Both the position numbers and the translations under genes were made by a program. From a bacterium (lineage in GTDB: Bacteria > Fidelibacterota > Marinisomatia > Marinisomatales > UBA1611): a stretch of 13,096 nt of DNA. Below are positions 8,579-13,096 of this stretch, in pieces; within the stretch, counting starts at the first letter, position 1, and each line of letters starts with the position of its first letter. A model generated the notes under the pieces. That model was not told the origin of the DNA, did not search any database, and saw only the letters and a list, made by a program, of their open reading frames with translations. The stretch spans positions 10,807 through 23,902 of the forward strand of contig JAYPIC010000026.1 of the NCBI GenBank assembly GCA_038127595.1, given 5' to 3'.

Positions 8579-10381
8579 ATGAATAAGGATTTATTAAGAA
8601 ACTTTTCTATAATTGCTCATATTGATCATGGAAAATCCACGCTTGCAGATCGTCTTTTAGAGGAGACAAAAACACTTTCTTCCAAACAAATGCAAAATCA
8701 GGTTCTTGATAGCATGGATTTGGAGCGTGAAAGAGGAATTACAATCAAAAGTCATCCTATTCAGATGCATTACAAGAATAAGGATGGATTAACTTATACA
8801 TTTAATCTAATTGATACACCTGGACATGTTGATTTCACTTATGAGGTTAGTCGATCTTTAGCTGCTTGTGAAGGTGCTCTATTGTTGGTTGATGCAGCTC
8901 AAGGGGTTGAAGCTCAAACAGTATCTAATGCTTATTTAGCTATAGAAAACGATTTAACGATAATTCCCGTAATTAATAAAGTTGATTTACCTTCTGCCCA
9001 AACTGAAGATGTTAAACAGCAAATAATTGAACTCGTGGGATGTGAAAAGAGCGAAATTATTGAGGCAAGTGCAAAAAGTGGGTTTGGTATTGATAAAATT
9101 TTTGATGCTATCATTGATAGAATTCCTGCTCCTATGGATAAAGATGAAGATAAAACTCGAGCATTGATTTTTGATTCTACCTATGATAATTATAGGGGTG
9201 CAATTCCATATGTTAGAGTTTTTGATGGGGTTATAAAAAAAGGTATGTCGATCAAGTTTCATGCTCATAGCGAAATATATGAAATTACTGAAGTAGGACA
9301 CTTTGTATTAAAAATGGTTGAGTCAGATGAATTAAAATCCGGCGATGTTGGATACGTTGTGGCAAGTATTAGGGATATGGCACATATTCAACCAGGAGAT
9401 ACAATTACATCAAAACAAGAACCCTGTATTGAGCCATTATCTGGTTATAAAAAAATAAAACCAATGGTTTTTTCAGGGTTATACCCTGTTGATGGTGATG
9501 AATATGATCAGCTTAGAGTGGCTTTAGAAAAATTAAAGTTAAATGATGCTTCATTGGAATTCATGCCTGAAACCAGTGAAGCTCTAGGTTTTGGATTTAG
9601 ATGTGGGTTTTTAGGCTTGCTTCATATGGAAATAATTCAAGAAAGGCTCGAAAGAGAGTTTAATTTAAATTTAATCACAACGACACCTAATGTTATTTAT
9701 GAAGTACTTTTAAGGGATGGTAGTAAAGTAAAAATAAATACCCCATCTCAGATGCCAAGCACAGGAGATATTGATAAAATTTTAGAACCCATGGTCTCCG
9801 CTGAAATATTAGCACCAAAAGAATTCATTGGATCTATAATGACGCTATGCCAAAAGAAAAGAGGAGTATATAAAAATACAAATTACCTATCACCTGAAAA
9901 GGCTCAGATTTATTATGATTTGCCTCTTGGTGAAATTATTTTTGATTTTTATGATAAGCTTAAATCTCTTTCAAAAGGTTACGCCTCTCTTGATTATGAA
10001 TTTAAGGAGTTTATACCTGCCGATCTCAAAAGGTTAGAAATATTGATGCATGGAGATTCAGTTGATGCATTGTCATCAATTTGTCATTCTGATGATGCTT
10101 ACCATAGAGGGGTGGCAATGTGCACTAAACTTAAAGAATTAATTCCAAGGCAAATGTTCGAAGTAGCTATTCAAGCTTCTCTAAACGGAAGAATTATTGC
10201 TAGGACAACTGTAAAAGCTCTTAAAAAAAATGTTACAGCAAAGTGTTATGGAGGTGATATTACCAGGAAAAGAAAGCTCTGGGAAAAGCAGAAAAAGGGT
10301 AAAAAAAGAATGAAAATGGTAGGTAAAGTTGAAATACCTCAAGAGGCCTTGCTAGCTGCATTGCAAATAGGAGAGGATTAA
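8579..10381 (+). CDS. lepA: Elongation factor 4 (LepA) GTPase
   Basis: RNFSIIAHIDHGKSTLADR (G1), ERERGITIK (G2), DTPGH (G3), NKVD (G4), SAK (G5), GFGFRCGFLGLLHME, and C-terminal KNVTAKCYGGDITRKRKLWEKQK. Confidence 0.98.
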   Translation: MNKDLLRNFSIIAHIDHGKSTLADRLLEETKTLSSKQMQNQVLDSMDLERERGITIKSHPIQMHYKNKDGLTYTFNLIDTPGHVDFTYEVSRSLAACEGALLLVDAAQGVEAQTVSNAYLAIENDLTIIPVINKVDLPSAQTEDVKQQIIELVGCEKSEIIEASAKSGFGIDKIFDAIIDRIPAPMDKDEDKTRALIFDSTYDNYRGAIPYVRVFDGVIKKGMSIKFHAHSEIYEITEVGHFVLKMVESDELKSGDVGYVVASIRDMAHIQPGDTITSKQEPCIEPLSGYKKIKPMVFSGLYPVDGDEYDQLRVALEKLKLNDASLEFMPETSEALGFGFRCGFLGLLHMEIIQERLEREFNLNLITTTPNVIYEVLLRDGSKVKINTPSQMPSTGDIDKILEPMVSAEILAPKEFIGSIMTLCQKKRGVYKNTNYLSPEKAQIYYDLPLGEIIFDFYDKLKSLSKGYASLDYEFKEFIPADLKRLEILMHGDSVDALSSICHSDDAYHRGVAMCTKLKELIPRQMFEVAIQASLNGRIIARTTVKALKKNVTAKCYGGDITRKRKLWEKQKKGKKRMKMVGKVEIPQEALLAALQIGED

Positions 10382-10402
10382 TTCTAAGCAATAAATTTTT
10401 GG

Positions 10403-11110
10403 ATGTCTTACCTTTTAAAATCTAGAACATCATTTTATTCCTTTCTATTTACATTACCTTTGTTTTTCCTATATGAGGTCAATATCCTTTTTTTATCGTG
10501 GGATGATATCCTTGTTGTTCGAAATGGGGCTGACTTTTTGATGCGGAATATATTAGAGTCTTTCGACATTTATGGACTATACGGGCTTGGTTTAGTTTTT
10601 TTTCTCGGTTTATTAGTTACCTACATATTTTTTATCAAGGAAGATCAACAACAGGAAGTAAATGTTAATTTTTTATTCATTATGCTCGCTGAAAGTATGT
10701 TGTGGTCGGTAGTTTTATATTTTTTATTGTTTAAGTTTATGGTTTTACTTATGAATCCAGTTGGAAAGACCATATTGCAACAAGTGACACTAGCAATAGG
10801 AGCAGGTATATATGAAGAATTTTTATTCCGAGTATTATTAATCGCTGGCTTAAGTGGTATTCTTGGTTTTGTTTTTATGTGGGATAAAACATTTAAAAAC
10901 ATTATTGCGGTTGTATTATCAGGGGGAATTTTCTCCGCTTTTCATTTTATGGGCGAATATGGAGATTTCTTTTCAATGGAATTATTCTTGATACGATTTT
11001 TTGCTGGTTTAATTTTAGGTGTGTTGTATATGTATCGAGGATTTGGAATAACCGCATATACTCACAGTATTTATGATCTGATTGTACTAATCCGTATGAC
11101 TTTAATTTAG
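10403..11110 (+). CDS. CPBP-family (CAAX protease/Abi, Rce1-like) intramembrane glutamic endopeptidase
   Basis: Multiple hydrophobic segments. All three family motifs are present: EExxxR (YEEFLFR), FxxxH (FSAFH) and HxxxD/N (HSIYD). Confidence 0.88.
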   Translation: MSYLLKSRTSFYSFLFTLPLFFLYEVNILFLSWDDILVVRNGADFLMRNILESFDIYGLYGLGLVFFLGLLVTYIFFIKEDQQQEVNVNFLFIMLAESMLWSVVLYFLLFKFMVLLMNPVGKTILQQVTLAIGAGIYEEFLFRVLLIAGLSGILGFVFMWDKTFKNIIAVVLSGGIFSAFHFMGEYGDFFSMELFLIRFFAGLILGVLYMYRGFGITAYTHSIYDLIVLIRMTLI

Positions 11111-11259
11111 TTTTTGGTAGTTTAAACCTTTATTCACAACTAATACGAATTCATTAGTAGGAACCATTTTATAATTCATTTGTATGAATACTAAAACCGA
11201 ATTTTGCTGATGGCTTTTAAAAAAATTTTTGTTAAAAAAATATTTAGGATGAAGTAATT

Positions 11260-12081
11260 ATGTTGCCTGTTGTCTTTGAAATTGGGCCAGTTAAAATATA
11301 TTCTTTTGGCTTAATGTTAGTGACTGCCTTTTATACGTGCTATGGCTTATTGTACCTAGAAATGAAAAGGCTTAAGTATGATACTGAGATTGCCTCTGAT
11401 ATTATTTTTTGGTCAGCTGTCGGTGGGGTCTTAGGAGCTAAAGCATATTATTTAATTGAGAATTTAGATAGGACGATACAAGACCCTTATGGCATGATTT
11501 TTAGCGGTTCAGGCTTAGTTTTTTTAGGTGGTCTGATTGGTAGTACAACATGCGTTTCTATAATTTTGAAAAAAAGAAGATTGTCTTGGTATTTATTTGC
11601 AGATACAATTGCGCCATTGATCATGATCGGATATGCAATTGGCAGGATTGGTTGTTTTCTTGTAGGCGATGATTATGGATTGCCAAGTTCATTACCTTGG
11701 GCCATTTCTTTCCCAAACGGTATACCTCCTACAACTGTATCTAGCTTTTCTGTGTACTATCCGTGGATAGACACATCAAACATTGATACAGAGATCATAA
11801 AAGTTCACCCTACTCAGCTTTATGAATCTATAGTAGGGGTTCTATGTTTTTTCTATTTATGGCAAAGAAGAACAAAGAATTCAAAACCCGGTAGTCAATT
11901 TTTTGTTTATCTGATTTTAGCTGGTGTTGAAAGGTTTTTTGTAGAATTTATCAGGACAAATGAAAAGTACCTATTTGATATTTTTAGCGGTGCACAGGTA
12001 ATTAGTTTGATCATGGTATTTATTGGCAGTTATTTTCTTTTGTATCCATTAACAAAGCCCATAATTGATAAGACTTCATAA
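11260..12081 (+). CDS. lgt: Prolipoprotein diacylglyceryl transferase family protein (divergent Lgt)
   Basis: MLPVVFEIGPVKIYSFG N-terminus, GLVFLGG, signature region GYAIGRIGCFLVGDDYG, HPTQLYE and RFFVEFIR, in a polytopic membrane pattern. Confidence 0.88.
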   Translation: MLPVVFEIGPVKIYSFGLMLVTAFYTCYGLLYLEMKRLKYDTEIASDIIFWSAVGGVLGAKAYYLIENLDRTIQDPYGMIFSGSGLVFLGGLIGSTTCVSIILKKRRLSWYLFADTIAPLIMIGYAIGRIGCFLVGDDYGLPSSLPWAISFPNGIPPTTVSSFSVYYPWIDTSNIDTEIIKVHPTQLYESIVGVLCFFYLWQRRTKNSKPGSQFFVYLILAGVERFFVEFIRTNEKYLFDIFSGAQVISLIMVFIGSYFLLYPLTKPIIDKTS

Positions 12082-12910
12082 TTATATAATATCAATTTTA
12101 GCATATAGTTGCATTGTATTTTCGCAGGTAACTTTATCTATTTCTGATTATTATCCTTTTCCATCTGAACTAAGCGATTTAAATGTCAATCCAGATGTTC
12201 TGGAGTGGGGTGTTGCTGGTAGTTTTTTATTATTGGATCAAAAAGAAAATCAATTGGTTAGTATTGGCAGTCTGAATGGTTTTCAAACTGTTGGGGGGTT
12301 TGGACTTAATTCATATTCATTTACTGAACCTGTATGGGTAGGAGTAGAGCCAAATGGAATCTCAGTATTAGATAGATTAGAAAATAAAATTATACTCCTA
12401 GATTATCGTTTGAATTATATGACTGCAATTAGTCTAGAACCTAGAATTTTTCCTGAACTAGCTGTTATAGATAAATATGGTTTGATCTATATATATTCAT
12501 CACAATATCACAGTATATTTAAATTTGAAAGTAAACGCTTAAGAAAGGTCCCACATATAGACTTAAACAGATTTTCAGATATTGATTTTTGTATTAATAA
12601 GCTTGCCATAAATCAAGATGGAGATTTTGGCTTGCTAGATTGTAATAATATTGTATATCTATTTTCAAAAAATGGTGCCTATAAAGGCTCATTTAGTTCT
12701 GAAATAAACAAGCCTATTTTTTTAGTACCAATAAGAGAGCATTGGTTTGTTTTCAATGACAAAGGTGATGGAGAATCTGTCTTTGATAAATCTGTAACCC
12801 TTCATATACCTGCTATAAGTACCCCTATAGTAGATATAAAAAATATGAATCGATCTTTGGCTATTTTATCAAAAGATCATATATCGATCCTAAATATGAA
12901 ATTAAAATAA
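12065..12910 (+). CDS. Secreted NHL-repeat / beta-propeller-like hypothetical protein
   Basis: TTG start overlapping the lgt end by 17 nt. Signal peptide ending ...CIVFS|Q. Repeated blade-like units of about 40 aa (FLLLDQKENQL; VGGFG...FTEPVWVGV...SVLDRLENKIILLD; PELAVIDKYGLIYIY; LAINQDGDFGLLD). Confidence 0.65.
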   Translation: MIRLHNYIISILAYSCIVFSQVTLSISDYYPFPSELSDLNVNPDVLEWGVAGSFLLLDQKENQLVSIGSLNGFQTVGGFGLNSYSFTEPVWVGVEPNGISVLDRLENKIILLDYRLNYMTAISLEPRIFPELAVIDKYGLIYIYSSQYHSIFKFESKRLRKVPHIDLNRFSDIDFCINKLAINQDGDFGLLDCNNIVYLFSKNGAYKGSFSSEINKPIFLVPIREHWFVFNDKGDGESVFDKSVTLHIPAISTPIVDIKNMNRSLAILSKDHISILNMKLK

Positions 12911-12911
12911 T

Positions 12912-13096
12912 TTGCACTTAATTTTTTTTATTCTTACGTCTAGTTTTTTATTTGGGAATAAAGGTTTCACATCTGATACTCTTTTAATTCATTCAAATAA
13001 AGAAATTTATTCTTTAAAAGAAAATTTCATATACCCCAAATCATTGAAAATTGAGCCGTATAGTACCAAAATTAGTCCTGATAGTATTAATTACAT
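12912..13096 (+). CDS. Probable secreted/outer-membrane protein, 3'-truncated (not in the ORF track)
   Basis: TTG at 12912, 1 nt after the previous stop, opens a frame with no stop to the window end: MHLIFFILTSSFLFG|NKGFTSDTLLIHSNKEIYSLKENFIYPKSLKIEPYSTKISPDSINY. The N-terminus looks like a Sec signal peptide. Confidence 0.6.
   Translation, partial: MHLIFFILTSSFLFGNKGFTSDTLLIHSNKEIYSLKENFIYPKSLKIEPYSTKISPDSINY

Noticed and set aside
313..10902. Other short ORFs in the track (minus-strand 60-104 aa; plus-strand 4384-4572 and 5792-6007)
   Set aside because: All overlap confidently identified genes in another frame or strand and show no recognisable motifs.
10403..11110. Reading the CPBP/Abi gene as a phage abortive-infection defence system
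   Set aside because: The Abi label of this family is historical. The motifs indicate a membrane protease and no defence genes are adjacent.
5940..11259. Sigma-54 -24/-12 promoter (TGGCAC-N5-TTGC) in the intergenic gaps
   Set aside because: No convincing match found by eye in 5940-6003, 8052-8107, 8486-8578 or 11111-11259.
1..13096. CRISPR arrays, tRNA/rRNA genes, IS or prophage elements
   Set aside because: No repeat-spacer periodicity, no structured GC-rich non-coding tract and no transposase or integrase ORF. The intergenic gaps are at most 149 nt.

Overview
AT-rich (roughly 30% GC by eye), very gene-dense bacterial window with all real genes on the + strand. Gene order: uvrB (5'-truncated), galE, an N-terminal-domain-less sigma-54 activator, an LptE-family lipoprotein, asnS, glutamine-dependent nadE, a secreted hypothetical, a secreted His/Lys-rich SHOCT protein, lepA, a CPBP (CAAX/Abi) intramembrane protease, a divergent lgt, a secreted NHL/beta-propeller-like protein, and the start of another secreted protein missed by the ORF track. 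The activator-lptE pairing and the compact low-GC layout suggest a streamlined FCB-superphylum organism such as Marinisomatota/SAR406 (inference only). Most of the window is core housekeeping and envelope biogenesis. I see no mobile element, CRISPR array or RNA gene. The most notable details are: (1) an EF-hand-like acidic Ca2+-binding loop inserted into LptE; (2) a lepA-CPBP-lgt-propeller envelope cluster whose Lgt differs at several residues essential in E. coli; (3) anomalous Arg codon usage in the CPBP gene; (4) a small SHOCT gene with its own ECF-sigma-like promoter and a downstream hairpin; (5) two substitutions in a highly conserved GalE motif.
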